57,130 nucleotides of DNA, filler included, from Catajapyx aquilonaris (GCA_000934665.2; 4 parts of 4 records of this genome joined end to end with filler, not necessarily neighbours in it), one strand, 5' to 3'; positions 23,405 to 42,159 are shown, counted from the whole stretch's first letter. The notes: generated by a model from the sequence alone, not told the origin. Translations and numbers: made by a program.

Positions 23405-23945
23405 CAGGGATATTCAACTGGCGGACCGCGGTCCGGATCCGGACCGCGACGCAATTTTGTCAGGACCGCGACAATATACAGGACAGTTTGAAATAGCATG
23501 ATAAATTACTAATAATATTCATGATTTTTTTTCGGAAAAGTGCTACCAATTCCATCAAATACCCACCTATTCAAATCTCCCACATCTCACCTAAGCTCGT
23601 GCGACCTTGAACCCCCCAAAAATTTCGCATGCGGCGGGCTCGTTCCCCGACCTTTACGGCTTGTTCACCTTGTGCTTACGAAATGGGCCCCCGTCCAAAA
23701 TTCTTCTGCCTACGCCCCTGTACAGGACATCATAAAGGGCGAAAATGTCTTAATATCCCGTGTCTTGACAGGCCCTTCTACACTTGCTGCACATGTTTAT
23801 ATTATTTTTCGAATATGAACCCTGTGGTACCATATAAAATCTATATATCCCCCCCCGGGGGGGGGANGGGGGGGGGGCGTCCGGACCTTCAATGGCCCAG
23901 GAAATGTATATCTGGACCTTGTCAGAAACTAGTTGAATACCCCTG
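23405..23945. mobile_element. hAT-type non-autonomous element
   Basis: 8-bp TSD CTATAGGC; TIR CAGGGATATTCAACT / AGTTGAATACCCCTG; second copy at 28080-28504. Confidence 0.9.
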
Positions 23946-24962
23946 CTATAGGCACTGACATGGAGCTGTGCAGGAGTGCCCATTCACGGAGAGTGAAAAT
24001 GAGCTGCCCATATGGTGACAGAAGGCATTCCATACATGTCTAAATAGTGAACGGTGACTCGGACATTGACTAGGAAGGACCAGAGGTATGAATAAACAAA
24101 AGTGGGGGGTGGGGATTAAAACTTAATCTGCTTTTATTGCTACTTCCACACGTAGGGGTCAAGTGGTTGTGTTTTCAATCGTACTTTGAAGGGGGTTTGA
24201 GGAATTTCTCTGGGGTCCTACAGAGAGTAAACAACCCAACAATAAGGCCAGCCTAAGGCAAAATCGGTGTCCTTTCCTTCACCACCCTCCCTGAGACCCT
24301 CTTTCCCCAAGGCCAAGGGTGCGGCCATGTAGGCGGAGCCTCTGCCAGGAGTTTTAGGCTGACCTTGCCAGCGACTTTTTCGCCATCTGTTGAGAGTTTT
24401 GTATGTTAAAATCTGCATTCAGTCTCCTAATTACTGGGTCACAGGTCACGGGAAAATTATAAGGTCAGTGCCATTCGAAAGAGAATCTTCGACTCCTTTG
24501 GCGCTGCTTGTTACAAATTTGAAATTTTGCTTACCATCGCGCTGAGAGGAGGCTTTAAAAATCCAGATTTCGCCATATTTCGGAATTTTTATTGGCCAAA
24601 ATAATGGATATTTTGAAAAACGGACAAGCAGCGACGACAGAGGGACATCTTCTTAGCATAGAACAATTTTTATATTAAAAGTCAGTGTCAAATTACGGAA
24701 CAAAATAGTAGACTACGGAGGTGTGTTTTCCAAGGCGAAACTTGGGGGTAGAAAGGACTCTTAATCCCAGGAACATACACCCAAAGGATCAGTTAAAATC
24801 AAGGTGGCGAAATCAGCATAATTCTTCCACAATTGACCGAAAAGTTTACTCACAAATGGTGTGCACGGACGGTGTTATGGAATAATGGGTCAACCCACAA
24901 AAACGTCAAAATTGAGCTAAGCAGAGAAACATATACCCAAAGGATTGTTCTTCATTCAGTTA

Positions 24963-25318
24963 AAAAATAGGCAGTAAAACTGCCGAAAACTATTCTTCCT
25001 CAGGGTGAGATTAAAAGTAAGAAACAAGTCCATAGGTGGGGGTTGGTTCGTGTCATAGGGATGTGTGATAATCAAATTTAATTCAAAACATTCGTGCTTT
25101 GGGGCTGGGAAGAATTAGGCAGATATCGCTTTTATGTACTCCTCCGACTCTCATATTCTGCCTAATTCTTCCCAGCCCCAAAGCACGAATGTTTTGAATT
25201 AAATTTGATTATCACACATCCCTATGACACGAACCAACCCCCACCTATGGACTTGTTTCTTACTTTTAATCTCACCCAGAGGAAGAATAGTTTTCGGCAG
25301 TTTTACTGCTTATTTTTA
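24963..25318. repeat. Near-perfect palindrome with ~160-bp arms and a ~33-bp loop
   Basis: Arms differ at only about 2 positions by eye. Confidence 0.9.
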
Positions 25319-26087
25319 TTTAATTCTTTTCATCATCAGAATAAAGTGAAAACCTGCTGATGCCCCCCCTTTCGTCCCAAAATGTTTCCCCCCTTCAACC
25401 TCCTGTGGGGGAAGTGGGCTCCAGACTGGGACCCCCCCTCCCAAGTATATCCGGTCTCGGTACAGAAAGGGAGCGAGAGCCACGAAACTGACACTTTCGA
25501 AATCGCCTTGTAGCTCAAAAAGTGAAGGTTTTTCTCAAAAAAAGGTAGGCAGGAGGGCACCCCCTGGGAACATTGCGGTTCGAATAACAGATTGTATGAC
25601 CCTCTACGACACACCGTTTAGGCTGCACCCCGGTGCGACTAACGACACTTTTTTGAACTTTGACCCCGGCTAATGACCCCGGTAATGGCCCTAGTTGTTG
25701 TTTATCTAAAGTTTGAAACTGTAGTGAGCGGAGTGTAAATCTTGTTTCCGATTTGAAATCAATTAACCCGATCGCGAGTTATGAAGTCGGGAAAATAGCA
25801 TTGGGATCGTACCAATTCCATACTATTTGTTTTTGGCGGGCGCCGCGAAGGTGGAGTTGCCGGGCCCTGCCAGTTGCCCAGCGAAGCTGGGCAAACGGCA
25901 GGGAGGAAGAATAGAAAAATCAATTTGGCGAAATCTGCAAACTTCTGCCATAAATGACTGAAAAGGACACTGAATTAATTTCACAGGTGTGACATTCAAA
26001 GCCTCTTTTCTCAAAACTGTTCTCACGTGGGTTGACTCATTATTGAATAACACCGTCCAATTGTACCAATGAGCTCCAAGAACTAAC

Positions 26088-26192
26088 CTCTTCAGGGAGC
26101 AATAGCTGATCCACAATCTCAAGACTATGGTCATGGTAGCGTATAGCCTCCAGGATGCTCACCTCATCTCCTGTTGGCAGTGATGCTGCCAT
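26088..26192 (-). CDS. MRI1: Methylthioribose-1-phosphate isomerase, coding exon 1
   Basis: LEAIRY...SLEIVDQLLLPEE N-terminal motif; donor GTTAGT at 26087 (phase 0) joins exon 2 across a ~9.26-kb intron. Confidence 0.9.
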
Positions 26193-26299
26193 TGTGCACT
26201 TGATGGTAATTCTGAAACAAAATTTAAGCTGTACAATGTTGAAAAACACAATTTACTTATGGTACAACAGGAGACAAGCAGAAAAGGTGGTCCTAAATT

Positions 26300-27347
26300 G
26301 ATGGGCTCTGTGCAACATAGTCCTATGCCACATTTTCTGACGAAATGAGTTAAGGCCATATATAGATCCCCAAAGACATGCTACAGCATCTGAGTTGAAA
26401 TTTTCCCGGTCCATCAACGGATGGCGTGGGTATACGGGAAGTAGTCTTATCGGATCTGCTGTCTAGCTGCAATGCTAGGTCCCGACACAATCCTAAGCCA
26501 CACAATTTCAAGATGGCGGCGTCCAATTCCGCACGGCGGACAAGAAGCTGCGCCAAACCCCGTCTCGTTTTTGAGGCAGAGAGTGACCATGATACCGATT
26601 TAAGTGAGGATGAGTACCGGCCATCACATGATGTGAGAAGCTCCTCCACTTCGGAGTCTGATGTACCTATTTTATATTATTATTAAGCAAGTGTGGCTTA
26701 GGATTATGTACGTACAGAGGCTGCGCAGTGCACTGAGTACCCATCCTAAGCCAGCTAAGTTAAGAGCAATCTTTCTTTAATCTTCCTGGTATGTTGGTTC
26801 GTTTAAAACCTTGCATACCATGCTCATGTTCTGTAGAAAAATCTGGCAAATTGATATTTTGAAATATTATTATTGCGAGGCCTATTCAGAATCGAAACAA
26901 TACTGTGGCTTAGGACTGTATTGATAAATAGTAGCATCAGGTTAGTAGTCTAGTAGGTAGTAGGTTAGTAGGTAGTAGCATCAAATAAGAATATTATAAT
27001 AAACACAGTGCTCCTAAACCTTCCTTTGGACATGTTTTCATGGACAAAAACATCCCCTAGAATCACGATATCCTACGCCCCCGAAGTATGACATTTCAGA
27101 ACAAGACAATCCTATGCCACAAGATATTACGTATTACCAGACAATATTATTATTATCATTAAAAGTAATACAGGATGTTTTACTTCAGTTACTGCCAACA
27201 ACAGGTAAGAGTTCCGGCTACTGGGAAAAAAAATCTTTAACTTCATATCACTGTAAATCTGATTTATAGAATTTATCAAAATCTAAATTCTTCACTATCT
27301 CAAAATGAACCAGATGTGGCATAGGACTATGTTGCACAGAGCCCCTC
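26300..27347 (+). mobile_element. Sola-like internally deleted element with a possible transposase N-terminal remnant
   Basis: AATT TSD; ~34-bp TIR GA(T/G)GGGCTCTGTGCAACATAGTCCTATGCCACAT; internal CCTAAGCCAC motifs; acidic peptide MAASNS...DLSEDEYRPS. Confidence 0.7.
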
Positions 27348-27362
27348 AATTATTGTATAGTA

Positions 27363-27494
27363 CAGTGCTTCCCAAACTATGGGTTGTGACCCCATTTGGG
27401 GTGATGAACATATTTGTGGTCGTGAGGGAGGATAACAAATTATTTTTACAAAATGATTCTATCTCTCTGATAAAATATGCCTGTAAAGGAGAAG

Positions 27495-27534
<40 letters not shown>

Positions 27535-27645
27535 ATATGTAATTTATCGATGATTGTCATTGACTACCACTGAATTGGAAGCAGGGGTCGCGAATTTCAC
27601 AAGGCGATTTTCTAGGGTCGCCAACGAAAAAGATTGGAAGCACTG
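27363..27645. mobile_element. hAT-like MITE containing a (TATATG)n microsatellite
   Basis: CAGTGCTTCC...GGAAGCACTG ends; no clear TSD. Confidence 0.55.
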
Positions 27646-28079
27646 GGATTACATTATTATTAGGTACTTTAAATCCGGGTAACTTGAATAACTCGAAATT
27701 CTCTATAAGTCGAAGAAAATCTAGGAATTGGCGGATTCTCCATATATGTAATGCAAATTGAATTCCGATAACTCAAATTTGTATAACTCGATTTTCTCGA
27801 TAAGTCGGATATATTTTGTGAATTCCGCAGCACTTTCACCATTAATAAGTAGAATTTTGTCAACACTGGGGAATTTCCAAGTTGGGCAAACATGTGGTAT
27901 GATTCATTCTTAGAGATTTCCACCACAGCTGGTTAATTCTCGATAAGCCGCGAAGGAATGCACAAAGCCCTCTGAAAGCCACTTATTTTAAGCTCCCTTT
28001 CCTGTAGGCATTGACTCATGTTGCATTCCTTTGCAGTGGTGACATGTCTTTTGCCTCAGAGCAGTCAGAGGCCCTAGTC

Positions 28080-28504
28080 CAGGGATATTCAACTGGCGGA
28101 CCGTGGTCCAGATCCGGACCGCGACGTAATTTTGTCCGGACCGCGACGATATACAGGACAGTTTGAAATAGCAGTAGAAATTACTAGTTCATGATTTTTT
28201 GGAAAAAGTGCTACCAATTTTATGAAATACACACCCATTCAAATCTCACACTTTCACCTAAGCTCCTGTGACCTCAACCCCCCCAAAAAATTTCCCCGCC
28301 CTTTACGTCTTGTTCACCATGTGCTTATGAAATGGGCCCCCCTCCAAAATTGTTCTGCCTACGCGCCTGTACAGGACATCATAAAGGGCAAAAATGTCTT
28401 AATATGTCCTGTCTTGATAGGCCCTTCTACCCTTGCTGCACATGTTTCTATTTTCAAAAATGAACCCTGTGGTACCATATAAAAATATAAAATCCATATC
28501 TTTA
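28080..28504. mobile_element. Second copy of the hAT element at 23405, cut by the contig end
   Basis: High similarity to 23405-23850. Confidence 0.85.
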
Positions 28505-28604
28505 NNNNNNNNNNNNNNNNNNNNNNNNNNNNNNNNNNNNNNNNNNNNTTAATTAATTAANNNNNNNNNNNNNNNNNNNNNNNNNNNNNNNNNNNNNNNN
28601 NNNN
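28505..28604. other. Artificial contig linker
   Basis: N44-TTAATTAATTAA-N44. Confidence 0.98.
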
Positions 28605-29164
28605 ACTTTCGCTGCCTACTTCGGCTTTTCCAAGCTGGCCGCTATTCAACTTGGAGCTACGTCACCTCTGACCTAACTCTAAACAACTCCTGCCACTTTG
28701 CCTGGAAACCAGTGCTCAGCAGTCCTAATTGCCACTGCCACTTGAGAAAGTTTGAGAAAGCTGCTGCCTCAGCAGTGAGCTTAAAGCAGAGAGCATGCTA
28801 CCTCTGCTGCAGCAGCCGCTGAGTTTAGCAACATACTAACAGTAAGTGTGTAGCTTTTGAATTAGCTTTAACATTTCCTGAAAAAAGATTTAAGTGACAA
28901 TGCTCTCAAATTCAAGTAAGGAACATTTGAGAGGTCTGAGATCAAAAACGGCCAAGTCCACTTGGAAAAACTTGTCATAAATGAGTAAAATCTGATTATT
29001 ACTTAACTATCACTGGTACAATCATAAAACCTTTTATGTCCATATGTTGCTGCAGTTCTGCTACACACAGAAATGTGAAATTAATACCGTGGCATTAAAA
29101 TACATTATTGCTGCATGTATTTGAGCTACACCCCCCAAAAGTGGACCCCCTGACGCAGGCGAAA

Positions 29165-29245
29165 GGGAGCTCCCAGGTGGGGATCGAACCTGGGACCTTT
29201 CAATCAGCAAGTCGAGCCATTACCAGATCGGCCACCACGCCTCCC
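29165..29245 (-). mobile_element. tRNA-derived SINE head (fragment)
   Basis: TGGCCGATCTGG A-box-like and GGTTCGATCCC B box on minus. Confidence 0.5.
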
Positions 29246-29868
29246 CCAGACTCTCATTTCATGGTGGGGCATTACAAAATGTTCATGTGGAGTACACACC
29301 ATTCCCATTTGTTTCTTCAGAACCTTCATGCCAATTTAAGTGAATATATAATACAGTATATTGTTTGCTGCGCCCATTCCTGATTTATCAATCTTGCTAC
29401 TATCTCGTAATAATCAAAAGCATTGTAGTGTTTGATGCAGAAGTTTGTAGTTCCGATCGCTGACCTTGACCCTGACTATAGCATGGGAGTGGAGTGGTAT
29501 GTAGGTACCACTGCATGCCTATGCTTCTAGTGGGGGCACAGAGAACTTGGTCTGTGCCAAGAGGTCTGGGACTGGAGTACTTATCATTCTACTACTCATA
29601 GTCTAGCTGTACTGTCACAGATTTTCCCCAAATCCTCAAGTTTCCACACTTAACCCTTCAAAGTGCTGTGACACCTCAGATTTCAGCAAACTATGGTTTT
29701 CATCTCTGGTTTAGCAAATCCCCAGAATTTCATGGGTTTAGAACCCCTGTATACAAAAAATTCGAAATGGTGCATTCTAAGCACTTGATCCATCGTGGAT
29801 TTAACATTACTGCATATAAGTATGCCTAACAGTTGTTTTTAGAAAATCATCAAACTAGTCAACTGTTA

Positions 29869-35884
<6,016 letters not shown>

Positions 35885-35989
35885 GCGCCTGTCAGCAGAC
35901 CCTGCTGCTGCAGTACCACCACTAACTAACAAGCAAAATTCTAACCAAATAAGGCTTGATGGGCCAACTCAAAACGCGTGTACAAAACG

Positions 35990-36459
35990 AGAAAATTCCA
36001 TGGTCGATCGCTGACAGTCCTCCTTCTTCCCCCGCCCCAGCCTGGCCCCCGTTCCTTCCTTCCCTCCCTGCAAACGACGCTCGTGACGACGACGACGACG
36101 ACGATTGACAGGAGGCGGAGCAGGTGCAGGCCGCGACTGAATTGGGCACTTGACTCTCGTGCTTCAAAGGATATGAATCGTCCCTTTGCGCTTCACAATC
36201 AGTTTCGCGGAATGTGATCCTGGTTACCCCAACAATTGGGTTTAAATATTTACAATTCAGTTCACGTCATTCCTGGTGACGTAATCGGCGGATGTTTCGG
36301 ACGCGCCCTTTTACAAAAAACTACAGCGGCACGTGTCGCATGATGGTGAACTTTGCCCTGCCTTCTTGACTGGCAGATTACAACAACCGCAACGCAAGGT
36401 CGTCATCCGAGTGCACGTGCGGCTCGACCTACACTTGGCTGGAAGAAGATAGGCGCAAA
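35990..36459. promoter_or_regulatory. Probable CpG-rich bidirectional promoter between KAP3 and the nucleoside hydrolase
   Basis: Start codons 575 bp apart and divergent; CpG-rich compared with flanking introns; TGACGTAA at 36277, CACGTG at 36330 and 36414. Confidence 0.6.
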
Positions 36460-38365
36460 ATGGCTCCGAACAAGCGGATAATAATCGACACGGACGCAGG
36501 GACTGACGATGCCCACGCGATCCTGATGGCCCTGGAGGCGGACAAGGCAGGGGACGTGCAGGTGCTGGCCATCACCTGCGTCAATGGAAACACGGCCGTC
36601 GACAACGTCTGCCAAAACGTGCTCAGGGTCCTCACCACTGTCGGAAGGCTCGATGTATGGATTTGCATATAAGTTTGGTGGAATAAACGTATTTCACACA
36701 TTTCACCTACTAATATAAACCTACATTGGTTGGGAGCTAGATTGGCGCAAGTGTAATTCTTGCACTCTTAAACAATTAGATACCAGTGTACCGAGGTGCC
36801 GAATCAGCGCTGGTGGAAGTGGTGGCCCTCGCACGTCCACCTTATCATGGCAAGGACGGTTTTGGGGATGTCAACTGGCCTGAGCCTCAGCCAAGCAAGA
36901 CCCTGATTCAGGAAGAGCATGCTGTGAATGCCTTGTTGAGACATGTGAACAGCAATCCAGGAGAGATCACACTGGTCTTTCTGGGTCCACTAACCAACGC
37001 AGCCTTGGCCATGAGGATGGACCCAAGTTTCGCTTCAAAAGTGAAGGAGATTCACATCATGGGCGGAAACTCTGAGGGTAGAGTCGTTGTCGTTGTCCAC
37101 CATAGACCCTGCTTATACGTACTGTACATAGTGTCGGCATAGTGTCCCTAATTGTACATACATAGTGTCCCTAATTGTAAATACAATGCATTATGAACGG
37201 ATAGCCAATGGGGGTAGCAGCTACTGGCCCAAATATGGCTATTTGTTCGATCGCGCTATGGAACACGTACTTGTCCACGATCGCGAGTTGTTCGGGTTTC
37301 CCGTAGTTCCCAGGTTTGCCTGCCATCCTCTCAGCCCAGAGTCGGACACCGTGCGGAGGACGGATTGTAGAAAGGGCCACTTTATCGGAATTTGGAAGGA
37401 TGGAACGTGGCTTGCTAGGCGACGGGCCGATCGCTATTTATAGCACAACGGCTTTTCTGATAGCCGTGCTCCAGAAGCAGCTTAAAAGAGCTTCAAGATT
37501 CATGTTCTATTTTTTACCTTCCAATTTGATATTTATATCCCACCTTGTTGTGTGTGCTTATTGCTCTGCTTGCATCGTCTGCAGATGCTTAATTGATATT
37601 TCAATCCACAGGTCAGGGCAACATTGAAGTCGCACGTGAGTTCAATTTCTGGTGTGACCCAGACTCGGCCTACATTGTGCTCAACAGTACAAAATGCCCC
37701 ACATTCATAGTCCCATGGGAAACGTGCTTGAAGCAAATACAACTGCCCTTTGTAAGTATCACGAAGTGGGCAACAATACATAATGACTCTCTGCAATATC
37801 AACAAATTGAGGTTTTTGAAGTCATGACTTCAAAAACATGTCCATAGTACATTATGCATGTCAGTGTTCTTTACAAGCTCAAAAAGCAGGCCGCTTCTAA
37901 TGCATCTGATCTAATATGCAGTATTCATTATGTGATTGTTGGAACTAACTTCAATTGGTTTAAGAGGAAGATCAGCCACATTAATGAAACCGCATTGTTC
38001 ATCATGGGCTTACACACTTATCATATTTTCAGTCATGGCGTCGCAACGTTCTTGGTTCCGTAGACACCCCACAAGCAGCACTGATGAACCAAATTGAACA
38101 CTACATTCTCAACAACGAGCACCACCCTTACTGGGTCCCATGTGATCAAGTTTCTATGGCAGCGTTGCTGGATCCTAATCTGGTCACCTTCAGCATGAAT
38201 GAGCATGCGACAGTTGAGCTTCATGGCTCAATGACACGGGGTTTGATGCTTGTAGATCATAGGAAGCATCTGGGACAGCCAGAAAATGTAACCATTGTGC
38301 ATAAGGTGGATGTGGAGGTGCTGAAGAAGCGGCTTATGTTAGGGTACACCTTTTCTAGGTCATAA
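36460..38365 (+). CDS. Nucleoside hydrolase (IU-NH family), 4 exons, 321 aa
   Basis: Exons 36460-36654, 36780-37077, 37612-37751, 38033-38365 (966 nt, in frame); DTDAGTDD, HGKDGFGD, LGPLTN, MGGN, EFNFWCDP, PCD motifs. Confidence 0.95.
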
Positions 38366-38549
38366 TTTAAAATAACAAAAATGGTACGCAGGCAGGAGGG
38401 TGTTTAAAGATGCACCCTTCCTCTTCGATCTGGGTTCCATGAGATATTGTAAGACAAAAATGCTCAGGTTGATTTTTCCAGCCCCGTGACAGAGATAATC
38501 ACACTTGAATGCCCATGACATCACTGCTATTTTTCAAGTCATTTCAGAT

Positions 38550-38728
38550 CCTCTGAATTCCATACCTTTTTTCATGACCATGGGAAGAGAAGGGAATGCA
38601 AATCTGCTGTACTCTTTGGTGGAAAAGCTGAAAAAGATCCAACCAACGAAAGATGATGGGGATGGGATGTGACCTGCTGACCTCCCATTTGGCTGGCCAG
38701 TGCCATAACCACTAGACCACATACACAT
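38550..38728 (-). mobile_element. Degenerate tRNA-derived SINE related to the one at 8929-9268
   Basis: Shares the head TGGTCTAGTGG...ACTGGCCAGCCAA.TGGGAGGTC. Confidence 0.55.
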
Positions 38729-40172
38729 AGACTGCAATGCACAACGCAGTCCCCAGCATTATCCTTGCCTTTTTCCTCCCACCCAAAAACTCAAACCAAT
38801 GCAGACATATGGTGACATCGCAGGATTTCAAATGCAATTATCTCTGTCATGGGAGTCGAAATTGTCAACTAGAGAGACTGTGTCATAGGATAATCAAGGA
38901 ACCTAGATTCAAGAGGAAGTGCATTCCTTTCATACAATCCTGTGCACAGGATGCAATAATTATGCATATGGGGACTACTGATCAAACAAATTAAATGTAA
39001 CCATTCAAAATGATATTGCAATAACATTTCATAGAATGTTTTACATCTGGTATTACCATCTCCTAGAATGAAGATAGTATACAGGAGGGAAACTCGCTGA
39101 TAATTGCCAGGTAGACTGATAGTACTCGTAAAACTAATACAGGGATGTGTGATTAATTTTGGGCGTCAAACTTTCGTGACGTCACATCCATTCTGTCAGC
39201 TATAAAGAAACAAAAGTCAGCTCCAGGGCCTCTGCTCGCTTGACTTGATCTCCTAACACATCGTCCATGTGCAATAGGTGATCAAATCCCATCAGAGTAA
39301 GAATCCAGGTACGACATCCATGCACTTTGTCATTTTTACCTCGTATTTTACCACCTGGCCCTCTACACTTTAAAGGCGCCGTATGCATTAACTACGCAAC
39401 GGAGCCCAAAACTAATTGCACATCCCTATATTATCCTTGTGAGTACTATAAGTCTACCTGGCGATTGTCCAAGAGTTTCCCTTCACCCTGTATAAGTTGT
39501 ACCTGTGTTAACAAATATTGCTGTAGAAGTAACTGTTTTATTACGCCTGAAGATAACGTTATACAATGAATATTATACAGGTGTCACACATTTTGATTCC
39601 TTAATACCCTGTGATTCTCAAAGAGTGGTCCACAATTTATGGACGTCCAGATGTGCTGATTTTGATCAATAATTCAATTGTTATAAAAGTTTTATTAGTA
39701 AATGGCTTTATACTGAGATAAGAGGCCAACATGAGCAGCAGTCAATGAAGGTTGAGAAATACCACCTAATCTACAGTAATGCTGATGGTGCCAGCAAACT
39801 CTCTGTAAGTGACTAGACCCTAGAGCAGTGGTTCCCAACCTGTGGGGACCCCCTTGGAGGTTGTGAAGTCTTTTCAAGGGGGTCGCATGGTGGCCGCTGT
39901 AATTTTTACTTGCAATAAATCTTACAGGAAATTTTACCCCGAAGGTTTAAGAATAATAATAATTAATGTCTGCAATACATTAATTTTCTGCACTAGAGGG
40001 TACTATTACAACTGCCATAAGTTTTTGTCAGAAAGAGTCATAGTTAAATATTTTGTTGGTAGCTGCGTAGCCAGGAGGGGTCATTACTTTATCAGATATT
40101 GCTATTTTTGTACATTAATGAAATGATGAATAGATGCTCAATTCACGCTGAATTATGTGCTAGTACTGTATA

Positions 40173-41467
40173 CGAGGGGTGTTATATAAGTTCGTGGTTT
40201 CGCCTAGAAGGAGAAGCAAATGCGGAAGCTAAACAGCGCCATTAAATCGAGCCACCCTTCAAACCCCTATATCCACCCATTTGACATAGGTGTCAAAGTC
40301 CTTGGGTTCAGAAATAATTCGGATGTGAAAGGGTGCGCAGCATCTTGTGAAGATGGCGAACATCGCACATCGCGCGGTCATCCAGTACCTGGTGGCAAAG
40401 GGAATGGGTGCCAAGGACATCTTTGAGGACATGAAGGATACATTGGCTGGCGATGCACCATCCTACAGCATGATCCAGAAGTGGACTGCCCTCTTCAAAC
40501 ACGGCCGAGACAGCCTAGAAGACGACCCCCGCTCCGGAAGACCCGTGTGTTCCATCACTGAAGAAAATGTGGCCAAAGTGGAGGAACTAGTGATGGGAGA
40601 CCGAAGACTGACTATCAGGTACCTTGCTGAGGTGGTGGGCATCTCAACATTTTCCATCCACACCATACTACATCACCACCTGCGCCTGTGGAAGGTGTCA
40701 GCACGATGGGTACCCCGAATGTTGTCGCCAGAACAGAAGGCGGCGCGTCGGGAGATGTCACAATCAAATTTGGACCTGCTGAATGCTGATGCAGAAGGAT
40801 TTTACGCTCGTCTGGTCACACAGGATGAAACCTGGGTACCTCATTATGATCCCGAGACCAAAGGTGAGTCGATGCAGTGGAAGCATCGGGGGTCACCACC
40901 TCCTAAGAAGTTCAGGGTGCAGAAATCCTCCTCCAAGATCATGGTCACCGTTTTCTGGGATGCCGATGGAGTGTTGTTGCTGGATTACCTGGCAAAGGGG
41001 GTTACCATCACAGGAGAGTACTACGCCAATCTCCTGAGGCAGTTGCGGGAAGCCATTAAGTCCAAACGCCGTGGGAAACTGCGAAAAGGCGTCCTCCTCC
41101 TCCAAGACAATGCCCCAGCACACACCTCGCGAATTGCAATGGCTGCTGCGAGGGATTCTTCTTTCCAAGTACTTCCTCACCCACCCTATTCCCCAGACCT
41201 GGCGCCCTCGGACTTCTACCTGTTCCCGAACATGAAGAAACACCTGCGGGGTCGACTCCATGGGAGTGACGAAGAGGTCAAGGCAGCTGTGGAGGACGTC
41301 TTGGGGGGGTGGGATTCTTCCTTCTACCGGAGTGGTTTGGAGAAGTTGCCACGAAGATGGACAAAGTGTATTGACCGGTGTGGGGACTATGTTGAGAAAT
41401 AAAATTGTTTCTTTGTCATGTCTCGCGTATGTCTACTTGAAACCACGAACTTATATAACACCCCTCG
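40173..41467 (+). mobile_element. Complete mariner transposon (1295 bp)
   Basis: TA TSD; perfect 29-bp TIR CGAGGGGTGTTATATAAGTTCGTGGTTTC. Confidence 0.97.
40353..41402 (+). CDS. Intact mariner DD34D transposase (349 aa, irritans-like)
   Basis: WVPRML, VTQDETW, LQDNAPAH, HPPYSPDLAPSDFYLF; 34 residues between the 2nd and 3rd Asp; no stops. Confidence 0.96.
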   Translation: MANIAHRAVIQYLVAKGMGAKDIFEDMKDTLAGDAPSYSMIQKWTALFKHGRDSLEDDPRSGRPVCSITEENVAKVEELVMGDRRLTIRYLAEVVGISTFSIHTILHHHLRLWKVSARWVPRMLSPEQKAARREMSQSNLDLLNADAEGFYARLVTQDETWVPHYDPETKGESMQWKHRGSPPPKKFRVQKSSSKIMVTVFWDADGVLLLDYLAKGVTITGEYYANLLRQLREAIKSKRRGKLRKGVLLLQDNAPAHTSRIAMAAARDSSFQVLPHPPYSPDLAPSDFYLFPNMKKHLRGRLHGSDEEVKAAVEDVLGGWDSSFYRSGLEKLPRRWTKCIDRCGDYVEK

Positions 41468-41591
41468 TACAGGTGTGAATGGACAACAATACGTAATGGG
41501 CCCATGTCAAAAGCTACACTGGAGACACTGCCTCCTACATTGTATATCAAGAAAAATTGAGAGTCAGTAAATGGTGTCAAATGTCATTGTA

Positions 41592-42159
41592 CAGTAAAAC
41601 TTCTATAAGTCGAATCTCCATGGGACCGGGAAAAAACTTCGAGTTATAGAAGATTCGAGTTAGAGAAGTTTGGAATTTTTTAAAGCACATAACTCTATAA
41701 GGAAGTCTACCTTCATATCCAGCGACGAAAGGTGTTCAAAACTTAAAAATATCTGTCACTATCACACTTACAATGTTCCTCGTTGTTTTGTTGCAAAATA
41801 ATCTCCTTTATGGACGTTAGCCTACTCTTAGATTCAAGGATTCAATTGTCACAATCAAGTCAAACACTTCTTTAGGTGTGTCTGGTAGACGGAGATCAGT
41901 AAATTGAGCCTTTCTGTACATGTGGCCTACTCTCGACCCTTCCACTGGGAAATGAGAAAATTTTCCGTATTCGCCAACATGAACTTCGACTTAGGGAGAC
42001 TGAAAATGCATTGACATCCCATCGTAAGGCCCTGCCTGCACTTCGACTTAGGGAAGTTTATTTCCTATTATTTTACATTGTGACCAACCAAGCTCATCAT
42101 TTTCTTTGACTTATAGAGAACTTCGACTTAGGGAAGTTCGACTTACAGAAGTTTTACTG
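41592..42159. mobile_element. pogo/Tigger-like MITE
   Basis: TA-CAGTAAAACTTCTATAAGTCGAA...TTCGACTTACAGAAGTTTTACTG-TA; subterminal TTCGA(C/G)TTA repeats. Confidence 0.85.

Noticed and set aside
36460..38365. Bacterial contamination or recent HGT of the nucleoside hydrolase
   Set aside because: Three spliceosomal introns, linkage to KAP3, and the family is normal in invertebrates
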